In this document: positions 19,527 through 28,457 of the stretch, piece by piece
Layout of the letters: each line of letters starts with the position of its first letter
Numbering within the stretch: position 1 is the stretch's first letter
Origin: an uncultured bacterium
GTDB lineage: Bacteria > Babelota > Babeliae > Babelales > JACPOV01
NCBI GenBank assembly: GCA_963744715.1
Contig: CAVUUR010000006.1
Location: 148,299-212,298 of the forward strand
Direction: 5' to 3'
Length of the DNA: 64,000 nucleotides
Notes under the pieces: generated by a model
Told to the model about the DNA's origin: nothing
Seen by the model: only the letters and a program-made list of their open reading frames with translations
Database searches by the model: none
Translations under genes and position numbers: made by a program

Positions 19527-20945
19527 TTATTTTATTATACCTTGAGCATGCAAAAATGTATTGAGATCCCCATACTCTACAGATTCCGTCATATCTTCTA
19601 TTCTTAGGCGATATTCAATATCAGTAAGGATTGCGCCAATTTCAGGCGATTTCGTTGCCGAATATGCTTTTTGATACTCTTGCGCCGATTGAGCAAACAT
19701 TAGCATATAATATTCACGAACCTTGGCTCGTTTAGTTTCCTCAGTTCGTTCAGCTTTCTCATCAACTTCTTTTTCACCGATAATTTTTTCATATTGCTTG
19801 CTTACTTGCTCATCGATAGTTTTTTCATACTTTTCTTTTAATTGCTCAGCGATAATATATTGCGTATATGCCCTTTGTTTACAATCATACCCAGATACAA
19901 GATTATTATCCTTAATGTATACATAGGCCTGCGCAATCTTGCTCAGCAATGTTGTATCAACATGAGTATCTTGCCAAAAAAAAGCTGGAGGGGTCATTTC
20001 TAGTTCGAAAATTTTTTGAAGCAACCGTTGACCATCCTTGGATTCAGCCCCCATAAGATTTTCGACGGCATTCAGAACTGAACAATAGGTATGCTGCTTA
20101 CCTAGGGGTGTAGCAAAAAAATCTTTAGCCCTTTGAATAGTGCCACTAAGCTCAACAGAAAAAAGATTGCCCGTTAAAAATTGTTTATATTCTTCCTGGC
20201 TGAGCAACGTTACTTTTTTTTGTAATGTTTCAAAATTTTTTTGATCTTTTTCTTTAATCGCCAACAATGTCTTAATAGATTTTAAGGCAGCAAGACTGGT
20301 GTAGTATCTGGCCTCCAAAGGCAATTCAACCTCAGAACAGGCAGTACTTAATGCATCGATAAGCCCTGAAGAAAATTTATTATCTTCTAAAAGAGCTGTA
20401 TATTCATCCCTACTTAATAACGTTGCTTCTTCTTTTAATAATTCAAACGTTGTTTGATCTTTTTCTTTAATTTCTAATAATGTCTTAATAGATTTCAATG
20501 AAGCGAGACAAGTATAAATTTTGGCACTTTCTTGATTCCCAAGTTTCTCATAGGCCTTACTTAATGAAGTAATAAGTTCTGGTGTAATAAAATCATCATC
20601 CTTATACACGATATTAGGATATTTTTTATTAAGCTCCTCAAACGCTTCTACTGCGCGCTCTACAGAGTCATTATTTTTAAGATTAACCAACGTTTCAACT
20701 TCCATTAATGCCCTTTTAAGAGCATCTTTATCCGTTTTATACGTATCATTGCTCAAACTTCCACGGTTAACTTCTGGACTTTTAATTTCCTTTTTCCGAG
20801 AAAATAATTTGAACCCACTTTTAGTTTTGGTTGGATTAGCCTCAAAAATTTTTTTGTTATCTTTTGTTACAGAAGTAATTTCCATTGCACTGCAACGGCA
20901 ATCAAGAAAAAATAATGGAAGCAGTAGTAATATTTTGTAATTCAT
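19527..20945 (-). CDS. Secreted helical-repeat protein with internal 71-aa tandem duplication
   Basis: Signal peptide MNYKILLLLPLFFLDCRCSA followed by MEIT. SLKSIKTLLEIKEKDQTTFELLKEEATLLSRDEY repeats as ALKSIKTLLAIKEKDQKNFETLQKKVTLLSQEEY. The DNA repeat cores at 20241 and 20454 are 213 nt apart. Confidence 0.6.
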   Translation of the reverse strand: MNYKILLLLPLFFLDCRCSAMEITSVTKDNKKIFEANPTKTKSGFKLFSRKKEIKSPEVNRGSLSNDTYKTDKDALKRALMEVETLVNLKNNDSVERAVEAFEELNKKYPNIVYKDDDFITPELITSLSKAYEKLGNQESAKIYTCLASLKSIKTLLEIKEKDQTTFELLKEEATLLSRDEYTALLEDNKFSSGLIDALSTACSEVELPLEARYYTSLAALKSIKTLLAIKEKDQKNFETLQKKVTLLSQEEYKQFLTGNLFSVELSGTIQRAKDFFATPLGKQHTYCSVLNAVENLMGAESKDGQRLLQKIFELEMTPPAFFWQDTHVDTTLLSKIAQAYVYIKDNNLVSGYDCKQRAYTQYIIAEQLKEKYEKTIDEQVSKQYEKIIGEKEVDEKAERTEETKRAKVREYYMLMFAQSAQEYQKAYSATKSPEIGAILTDIEYRLRIEDMTESVEYGDLNTFLHAQGIIK

Positions 20946-21053
20946 AGCAATCCTTTTGATGTAATAAAAAAACAAAAAATGGTTCCTTAATCTCTATTAT
21001 GTATAAAAATTAGTCTGTAGCGGTAGTGTACCAAGAATTGCTATAAAGTACAT

Positions 21054-21093
21054 AAAAAAGAGCGCAAACTACTTATTAGTTATGCGCTCTTTT
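21054..21093 (-). terminator. Rho-independent terminator after nrdB
   Basis: AGAGCGCA (21059-21066) pairs with TGCGCTCT (21083-21090). It is flanked by an A-run and a T-run, so it could act in both directions. Confidence 0.6.
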
Positions 21094-21122
21094 AATTAAC
21101 ATCACGATAAAATATTTTCTAT

Positions 21123-22124
21123 TTATTCCCAATCGAGGGATGACGCTGATTGATATTCGGTAACGCGTGTTTCAAAAAAGTTCTTTTCTTTATTCAAATC
21201 AGTTGTTTGTGACATCCATGGCAATGGATTTTCTTTATAATATAATTTTGGTAACCCAATACGTTCGAGTCTGCGATCTGCTATATATTCAACATAATCA
21301 CTAAAATGTTGCGCATTGATACCGAGTAATCCTTCTGGACAAGCATCATGAGCATATTTTTGTTCCAGAATAACTGCTTTTTTAATTAAACTAACAACCT
21401 CGGCCTGGAATGCTGGTGTCCAAATTTCTGGATTTTCAACTTTAATAGTATTGATCAAATCACAACCGAACGCTAAATGAATACTTTCATCGCGCATAAT
21501 ATATTCGAATTGTTCACCAATACCTATCATCTTATTTTGTCGCTTTAACGCAAGTATCATAGCAAAACCGGCATAAAAGAAGATGCCTTCCATGATAACG
21601 TAATAACCAATAAGATCATGCACAAAAGATTGTATATTTTTTGTACCTTCCGTGGTAAATGAAGGATCGAAAATTGATTTAGTCAGTTCAATCACGAATG
21701 AGTCTTTTTGTGCGATAGAAGGAATCGTATTATACATATTGTATATTTCATCCGGATCAAGCCCTAAGCTATCGCAACAATAAATAAAGGTATCGGTATG
21801 AATTGCCTCTTCAAAGGCTTGACGCAGTATATATTGCCGACATTCTGGATTGGTAACGTGACGATACACCGCCAACACAATATTATTAGCCGTTAATGAT
21901 TCTGCCGTAGAAAAAAAACCTAAATTCCACAAAATAAGTCTTCGCTCACGCTCACTCAATGCCGTAGGAGATCGCCATTGCTCAACATCTTGTTGCATTG
22001 AAATTTCTTCAGGTGACCAATTGTTGGCAATACCATCTTTATAATGTTTGCGCGCCCAGTTATAGGTCATGGGCAAAATTTTGTTCGGATCAGTTTTTGA
22101 ATTATTAATTATTTTTTTTACCAT
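21123..22124 (-). CDS. nrdB: Ribonucleotide reductase small subunit R2, class Ic-type signature
   Basis: Ferritin-like ligand motifs FFSTAE(75), FEE(106)AIH(109)TDTF(113), MEGIFFYAGF, RDESIHLAF. Phe replaces the radical Tyr and Glu replaces the first Asp ligand. Confidence 0.9.
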   Translation of the reverse strand: MVKKIINNSKTDPNKILPMTYNWARKHYKDGIANNWSPEEISMQQDVEQWRSPTALSERERRLILWNLGFFSTAESLTANNIVLAVYRHVTNPECRQYILRQAFEEAIHTDTFIYCCDSLGLDPDEIYNMYNTIPSIAQKDSFVIELTKSIFDPSFTTEGTKNIQSFVHDLIGYYVIMEGIFFYAGFAMILALKRQNKMIGIGEQFEYIMRDESIHLAFGCDLINTIKVENPEIWTPAFQAEVVSLIKKAVILEQKYAHDACPEGLLGINAQHFSDYVEYIADRRLERIGLPKLYYKENPLPWMSQTTDLNKEKNFFETRVTEYQSASSLDWE

Positions 22125-22154
22125 AATAATCTCCTGTATAAATTACTATTTTTT

Positions 22155-24677
22155 TTACTGACATGATTCACATTCTGTATCAAACGGATTGCATGATGCA
22201 CCAAAACTCGGTGATGGCGCTTCCGGACTTTCAATAACCGTGTCACTTTGATTTAAAACAGTATATTCACGTTTTTGAGTAAAGCCATATTTACCTGCAT
22301 CAAGGGTTGCTTTTTCAATTTGCGTTGCACCTAACGTTCTTAAATAATAGGATGTTTTAAGGCCAGATTTCCAAATGTACATATAAATTTCATCTAGTTT
22401 TTTACCCGAAACGCCCTGCATAAAAACATTATACGATTGACTTTGATCAATCCATTTGCCACGCGCCGCTGCTATTTTAATTAACCACAATGGATCGAGT
22501 TCAAAAGCCGTTCTATATTTTTGTTTAATAGGTTCTGGTATAGAAGCAATCAAACTCAAATCTCCATCATAATATTTTAATTGCTCCAACATAGTTGGAT
22601 TCCACAAATTGAGTTTTTTTAAATCGTCAACCAGATAACGATTGATAATAGTAAATTCACCCGAAATGTTTGATTTCACATAAATATTTTTATATATCGC
22701 CTCGATACTTGGATAACAACCAGCAATATTGGCAATCGTTGCCGTAGGCGCAATAGCCATAATATTAGAATTTCTAATTCCCCATACCTTCACATATTCA
22801 CGAACTGGTTTCCAATCCAATACTGATCTACGTGAAACATCAATTGGCATACCACGTTCTTTTGCTAACAAATCAATCGTATCAAGAGGGAAAATCCCAC
22901 GATCCCATTTTGAACCTTTATACGTTGAATACGCACCGCGCTCCTGCGCTAATTGTGATGACGCTAAAATGGCATGGTATGCAACAAACTCACCAAGGTA
23001 ATCTGCAAATTCCAGTGCGGCAGGTGATGCAAATGAAATATTTAATTTAAATAAAGCATCTTGAAAACCCATTACACCCAAACCGATAGGGCGGTGCCGA
23101 ATATTTGAATTTTTTGCCTCAATAGTTGGATAAAAATTAAGGTCGATGACATTATCCAACATGCGCACGGCAGTCTTTATCGTTTCTGCCAACATCGCTT
23201 CATTGAGAACACCGTTATCAGTAATATGCTGCGCTAAATTAACCGACCCTAGATTACATACTGCTGTTTCGTCAGCTGATGTGTTAAGCGTAATTTCGGT
23301 GCACAAATTAGAACTGTGTACAACCCCAACATGATCTTGTGGTGAACGAATATTGCAAGGATCTTTAAAGGTTATCCATGGATGACCAGTTTCAAATAAG
23401 CGACTCAACATTTTGCGCCATAATTTTTGCGCAGAAACTTTTTTGAATAAGGTAATTTCGCCGCGCACTACTTTTTGTTCATATTCAGTATATTTTTTTT
23501 CAAAAGCTTGCCCATACAAATCATGAAGATCTGGCACTTCTTCGGGAGAGAATAAGGTCCAATCACCATCGGCAAGCACCCGTTTCATAAATAAATCAGG
23601 TATCCAATGTGCCGTATTCATATCATGAGTTCGCCGACGTTCATCACCCGTATTACGGCGCAAATCCAAAAAATCTTCAACATCAATATGCCACGTTTCT
23701 AAATAAGCAGCAGTGCCGCCACGTCGAATGCCACTGCGGGTGATAGCAACAACCACATCATTAACAATTTTTAAATAAGGAATAACACCCTGACTTGTTG
23801 CATGAATACTTTTTATAAATGCACCGGTGCCACGAATATTAGTCCAATCATTACCAATACCACCAGCCCATTTTGAAAGTTGCGCATTATCGCCAATACA
23901 TTTAAAAATATGGCCAAGATCGTCGTTAACCGTTGATAAATAACAAGAACTTAATTGTGCAATTTTATAGCCTGAGTGAAATAAGGTAGGCGTTGAAGAA
24001 ATATAACGCAACATTGAAAATTTTTCATAAAACTCCAGTGTACGTTCTTCGCGATTCGCCTCATTAAGTGCCAAACCCATAGCAATGCGCATCCAAAACG
24101 ATTGGGGTAGCTCGCATTTTTTTTTGTTTATTTTAAAAAAATAACGTTCGCAGAGCGTTTGAAGCCCTTGATAATTAAAAAGATTATCACGATCTATAAC
24201 TATATTGCGCGCTAAGAAATCTAAATCAAATTCACGCAGACGGGCATCTAATACTCCATGTTCTATTCCGCGATGGATGCCTTCAATGAAGGAAGCTTGA
24301 TAGGTATTCTGTAGATGCATTTCTCTACTTGATTGACCAAATATTTCCTTGTATGTTTTTTGTAGCAATAAATTAACCGCGATTTTATCGTACGCAGGAT
24401 CTTGTTCAATAAAAACAACCGTTGAAAAAATAATTGCTGATTCGATTTCTTTAGTTGTAACATTGTCGTAAATGTTTCTTACTGTTTCTGCTACAATTGC
24501 ATCGATGGCTACCGTTTCATTGCAATTTTTTGCAGCGCGAGTAATAGAATTACGAATTTTATTAATATCCAAAAGCACACTTGTGCCATTCCGTTTAATT
24601 ACCCGTAATGTTCGTAATGCCGGCTCATCTAAAATACCTAAAGTCGTTCGCACATAGGTGCTATTATGAACTTCCAT
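22155..24677 (-). CDS. nrdA: Ribonucleotide reductase large subunit R1
   Basis: N-terminal ATP-cone (VIKRNGTSVLLDINKI), active-site SNLCTEITL, C-terminal redox pair CESCQ. GGAAGGAAG lies upstream of the ATG. Confidence 0.95.
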   Translation of the reverse strand: MEVHNSTYVRTTLGILDEPALRTLRVIKRNGTSVLLDINKIRNSITRAAKNCNETVAIDAIVAETVRNIYDNVTTKEIESAIIFSTVVFIEQDPAYDKIAVNLLLQKTYKEIFGQSSREMHLQNTYQASFIEGIHRGIEHGVLDARLREFDLDFLARNIVIDRDNLFNYQGLQTLCERYFFKINKKKCELPQSFWMRIAMGLALNEANREERTLEFYEKFSMLRYISSTPTLFHSGYKIAQLSSCYLSTVNDDLGHIFKCIGDNAQLSKWAGGIGNDWTNIRGTGAFIKSIHATSQGVIPYLKIVNDVVVAITRSGIRRGGTAAYLETWHIDVEDFLDLRRNTGDERRRTHDMNTAHWIPDLFMKRVLADGDWTLFSPEEVPDLHDLYGQAFEKKYTEYEQKVVRGEITLFKKVSAQKLWRKMLSRLFETGHPWITFKDPCNIRSPQDHVGVVHSSNLCTEITLNTSADETAVCNLGSVNLAQHITDNGVLNEAMLAETIKTAVRMLDNVIDLNFYPTIEAKNSNIRHRPIGLGVMGFQDALFKLNISFASPAALEFADYLGEFVAYHAILASSQLAQERGAYSTYKGSKWDRGIFPLDTIDLLAKERGMPIDVSRRSVLDWKPVREYVKVWGIRNSNIMAIAPTATIANIAGCYPSIEAIYKNIYVKSNISGEFTIINRYLVDDLKKLNLWNPTMLEQLKYYDGDLSLIASIPEPIKQKYRTAFELDPLWLIKIAAARGKWIDQSQSYNVFMQGVSGKKLDEIYMYIWKSGLKTSYYLRTLGATQIEKATLDAGKYGFTQKREYTVLNQSDTVIESPEAPSPSFGASCNPFDTECESCQ

Positions 24678-25183
24678 GTACTTCCTTCCATATGCTGATT
24701 AGTTATATCAAGGTTAAAAAAAATTAATAAAGCAACCCACATGCTAATGTTACATAACTTAACAATGTGCTGTTTTCTTAATTCATAATCAATACTCCCT
24801 TTTTTTATCGTGCTTACATTACTACGTGCCCACACGAAAACTTATTAATATTGGTTCAACTGCACAAAGACATCCCTCAACACAATCCCCCCTGTAGTTC
24901 ATGCTAAAATAAAAATTTTTTCAAATGGAATATTCCAAATAAGATCTTCTTACGATACTTTATCATGTTAATAACCTAGAAGCAAACGAAAAATTATCGT
25001 TTTTTTTTAGAAAATATATTCTTAATTTTTTATGAATAAAACATTTAGTATAATCTCAAATAGAATGATTTTTTAAATAAATTTACGTAACAGCTCTTGA
25101 CCATTACTAACCAAGGCAGGTAAGCTTACTTTCCGAGGGCAGTGTGCTTACCGCAATATTTTTTTTTAAGGAGATTTATTTAT

Positions 25184-26131
25184 ATGAATTATACACAACG
25201 TTATATAAACACAAGTTTACTGGTACTTATCACTTCTCTAGCAACATTGCATGCAGAAGTTCATAAAGTACAAACAATGGCTGAATATAATAGTTTACTC
25301 GCGCAAGGGAAACCAGTTTTTATTGATGTATCAACGAGCTGGTGTGGACCGTGCAAACAATTTAAACCAACCTTTGAAAAACTTTCTGATGAATATCCGG
25401 ATGTTATTTTTATTGAACTGGATGGTGATAATGGAGCCACCAAATCGGCTCATAACGCTTCAAGTTATCCAACCTTTATTTTTCTTGATAGCAAAGGTAA
25501 TCAGGTAGATCGTTTTTCTGGTGCACTGTTAGAAAAAATACGTAAAAATCTTAATAAAATTTCTGGCAAAGCTGCATGTCCTACACCAGCACCTGCGCAA
25601 AAAGCACCACCTCCCGTGTATAAAAAACCGATGGAAACTGCCAAACCTAAACACGTTGATTCTGCCGTTGCAGCACCGGTAGTAGTACCTATGGAATCTT
25701 CAAAAGAAGGTCGCATGAAAAAAGAAACTCAGAAAAAAGAATCACGCATGAAAAAAGAAAAGGCGCCAAAAAAAAAAGATCTAATACGAGTAACGTCAGC
25801 AGAACAGTTTACGAAGGTAGTAATTGAGAGTAACAAAAAAACGGTAATCCATTTCAAAGCACCCAACTGCCCTCAATGCGATGATCTCGGATTAGCACTT
25901 GCGCACCTAGCTCAAGATGAACAATATGAATCATTACAATTTATAACTATAGAAACTGATAATAAAAATCTTAAGAATATTATTGGCCAACCCGGTCTTC
26001 TTGCATTGCCGTCATACACCTGGTTATTTAAAGGCATGAGTGAACTAAAAGGAATCACATCAGAAGATATGTTACTGATGCATGTAAAAACAAAATTAAT
26101 GGAAGCGTATAATATTTCAATGACTATGTAA
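25184..26131 (+). CDS. Secreted double thioredoxin-fold protein
   Basis: AAGGAG at 25168-25173. Signal-like MNYTQRYINTSLLVLITSLATLHA. First domain has WCGPC. A Pro/Lys-rich linker follows. The second domain has APNCPQCDDL. Confidence 0.8.
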   Translation: MNYTQRYINTSLLVLITSLATLHAEVHKVQTMAEYNSLLAQGKPVFIDVSTSWCGPCKQFKPTFEKLSDEYPDVIFIELDGDNGATKSAHNASSYPTFIFLDSKGNQVDRFSGALLEKIRKNLNKISGKAACPTPAPAQKAPPPVYKKPMETAKPKHVDSAVAAPVVVPMESSKEGRMKKETQKKESRMKKEKAPKKKDLIRVTSAEQFTKVVIESNKKTVIHFKAPNCPQCDDLGLALAHLAQDEQYESLQFITIETDNKNLKNIIGQPGLLALPSYTWLFKGMSELKGITSEDMLLMHVKTKLMEAYNISMTM

Positions 26132-26156
26132 TAAACAAAAAGAATCGTTATACAAT

Positions 26157-26190
26157 AAAAAAGGCCTGGGTTTTGACCAGGCCTTTTTCT
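26157..26190. terminator. Bidirectional terminator between convergent genes
   Basis: AGGCCTGG (26162-26169) pairs with CCAGGCCT (26177-26184). It is flanked by AAAAA and TTTTT. Confidence 0.65.
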
Positions 26191-26206
26191 TTTACATAAA
26201 AAGAAT

Positions 26207-28183
26207 TTATCGTGCTACTAATAATAAGGCAATAATCGACATTAATTTAATCAAAATATTCAACGCAGGGCCTGATGTATCCTTAAATGGATCGCCAACC
26301 GTATCACCAATAACGGCAGCTTTATGTGCATCAGATCCTTTGCCACCCATATGACCGGCTTCAATATATTTTTTAGCATTATCCCATGCGCCACCACCAT
26401 TACACATCATTAATGAAAGAAGCACACCAACAACCGTTGCGCCAACTAACAATCCGCCAACTGCTGCTTTGCCCAAAAAGTAATTAATAATGAGTGGTAC
26501 CATAAGAATAATAATACCAGGTAATAACATTTCGCGTAACGATGCTTGAGTACTAATTGCAATGCATCGTTTATAATCAGGTTCGGCAGTCCCTGCCATT
26601 AACCCAGGAATTTCTTTAAATTGTCTACGCACTTCCATCACCATTTGCAATGCAGCTTTACCTACTGAACGCATGGTCAAAGCTGAAATAAAAAATGGTA
26701 ACATGCCACCAATAAAAACACCGGCTAATACAAAAGGATCAAGAATATCCAACACATCAAGACCAGCTAATTGGGCATATGCAGAAAATAACGCAAGTGC
26801 CGTTAATAATGCTGAGCCTACTGCAAATCCTTTACCCATAGCAGCCGTAGTATTACCTAACGCATCTAATCTATCGGTAATCGCGCGTACTTCAGGACCA
26901 AATCCTGACATTTCTGCAATACCGCCAGCATTATCTGCTATTGGCCCGTAAGCATCAACGGTCATTGAAATACCTACCGTTGAAAGCATCGCGAGCGCTG
27001 CTATAGAAACACCAAAAAGTCCACCACCAAAAAAGAATGAACATAATACTACAAGCACTAAAACAAGGACCGGCAATACGGTTGATTCCATACCAACTGA
27101 TAATCCGTAAATAATATTAGTTGCTGCGCCTGAACGAGAAATATCCGCTAATTTTTTAATAGGGGATCCACCCGTATAATATTCCGTAATGGAGCCAATA
27201 AGGATACCGGAAAAACAACCCAAGACAATGGAACCCAATAAATACATATCAAGGTGCGAATAATGTAAGTAACCAGCCATTGATACAATAAAAACAGCAA
27301 CGGCTATGTAATTTGCGTTGCGCAACATTGCCGCGGGATGCAAATTTAGAAAAGCATTAGATATCAATCCAAATGCAGAACTTATTAATCCGAATGCCGC
27401 CATTATAAAAGGGAATGTATAATAATCAAGGGAATTATATTCCATCGAAGTTGTTGCCAACATCACGGCAGAAATCATTGCACCGACGTATGATTCATAA
27501 ATATCGGCACCCATGCCCGCAGTGTCTCCAACACAATCACCAACGTTATCTGCAATAACTGCAGGATTACGTGGATCATCTTCAGGAATTCCTGCCTCAA
27601 CTTTACCTACTAAATCAGCACCCACATCGGCCGATTTGGTATAAATACCACCGCCAACGCGAGCAAAAAAAGCTACTAAACTGGCTCCGAAACCGAAGCT
27701 AGTAATGAGCTCAATCATATTGCTACGATCAGCAAAAAGATAAAAGACGGTACCGAGTCCGATCAGACCAAAACTTGCTACTGAAAATCCCATCACACCA
27801 CCACCAAAAAATGCTATCGAAAAAGCTTGTCGCTCACCTTCATTTTTTGCAGCCATAGTAGTACGAACATTCGCAATGGTTGCTGCGCGCATGCCGATAA
27901 GACCGGTTGATAAGGAGAATAATGCACCACCAATAAAAATCATAGCCGCTAATGGAGAGGTATAAATACTCATAAAGAATGCAACAACAATTGCAACAAG
28001 AGCAATAATTTTATATTCCTCTTTTAAGAAGGTCATTGCGCCATCACTAATAGCTTTGGCTATTTGATTAGCTTTTTTATCATCAACCGGCAATGCCAGA
28101 ATAAGACGAAATAAAAATACGACAATTCCTAATCCAAATAACCCCGTCAGCAGCATAATACTGTAATATGTAGTGAGCTCCAT
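26207..28183 (-). CDS. hppA: Membrane-integral pyrophosphatase (K+-dependent type)
   Basis: Polytopic protein with GGG.YTKAADVGADLVGK-like SADVGADLVGKVE, DNVGDCVGD, GNTTAAMGKG (Ala rather than Lys in GNTT[A/K]) and IGDTVGDPFKDT. Start at MELTTYY (28183), with AAGGAA upstream. Confidence 0.9.
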   Translation of the reverse strand: MELTTYYSIMLLTGLFGLGIVVFLFRLILALPVDDKKANQIAKAISDGAMTFLKEEYKIIALVAIVVAFFMSIYTSPLAAMIFIGGALFSLSTGLIGMRAATIANVRTTMAAKNEGERQAFSIAFFGGGVMGFSVASFGLIGLGTVFYLFADRSNMIELITSFGFGASLVAFFARVGGGIYTKSADVGADLVGKVEAGIPEDDPRNPAVIADNVGDCVGDTAGMGADIYESYVGAMISAVMLATTSMEYNSLDYYTFPFIMAAFGLISSAFGLISNAFLNLHPAAMLRNANYIAVAVFIVSMAGYLHYSHLDMYLLGSIVLGCFSGILIGSITEYYTGGSPIKKLADISRSGAATNIIYGLSVGMESTVLPVLVLVLVVLCSFFFGGGLFGVSIAALAMLSTVGISMTVDAYGPIADNAGGIAEMSGFGPEVRAITDRLDALGNTTAAMGKGFAVGSALLTALALFSAYAQLAGLDVLDILDPFVLAGVFIGGMLPFFISALTMRSVGKAALQMVMEVRRQFKEIPGLMAGTAEPDYKRCIAISTQASLREMLLPGIIILMVPLIINYFLGKAAVGGLLVGATVVGVLLSLMMCNGGGAWDNAKKYIEAGHMGGKGSDAHKAAVIGDTVGDPFKDTSGPALNILIKLMSIIALLLVAR

Positions 28184-28457
28184 AAAAAAATTCCTTAACC
28201 TGTTTATAAGAACATTATTACCAAATTTATATTTATGGTAATTGCAAATAATTGCTTTGTAAAGCTCTATGCAGTTTATTTGTGATTTTAAGTATGCAGT
28301 TTCAGCATGAATTGTTATAGATAGAGTACTGCTTTTGCAAAAAAAATTCATATCTTGATTTAAGATATTGCATTATTAATCCATGTTTTACTATTTTATA
28401 TTTATATTTATGGGTAATGTGGGTAGATAAAAAACTAACCATATGCAGGGAATAACT

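Noticed and set aside
22729-24657. Several 60-90 aa plus-strand ORFs inside nrdA (22729..23001, 22832..23050, 23146..23334, 24472..24657), and the minus-strand out-of-frame ORF 24263..24463
   Set aside because: They lie antisense to or out of frame with a strongly supported 840-aa nrdA. They have no RBS and show Cys/Arg/Ser-rich antisense-type composition.
26207-28351. Long form of hppA starting at 28351 (MNFFCKSS...)
   Set aside because: The first 56 codons are AT-rich read-through with no similarity to pyrophosphatases. The ATG at 28183 has AAGGAA upstream and starts directly at the first TM helix.
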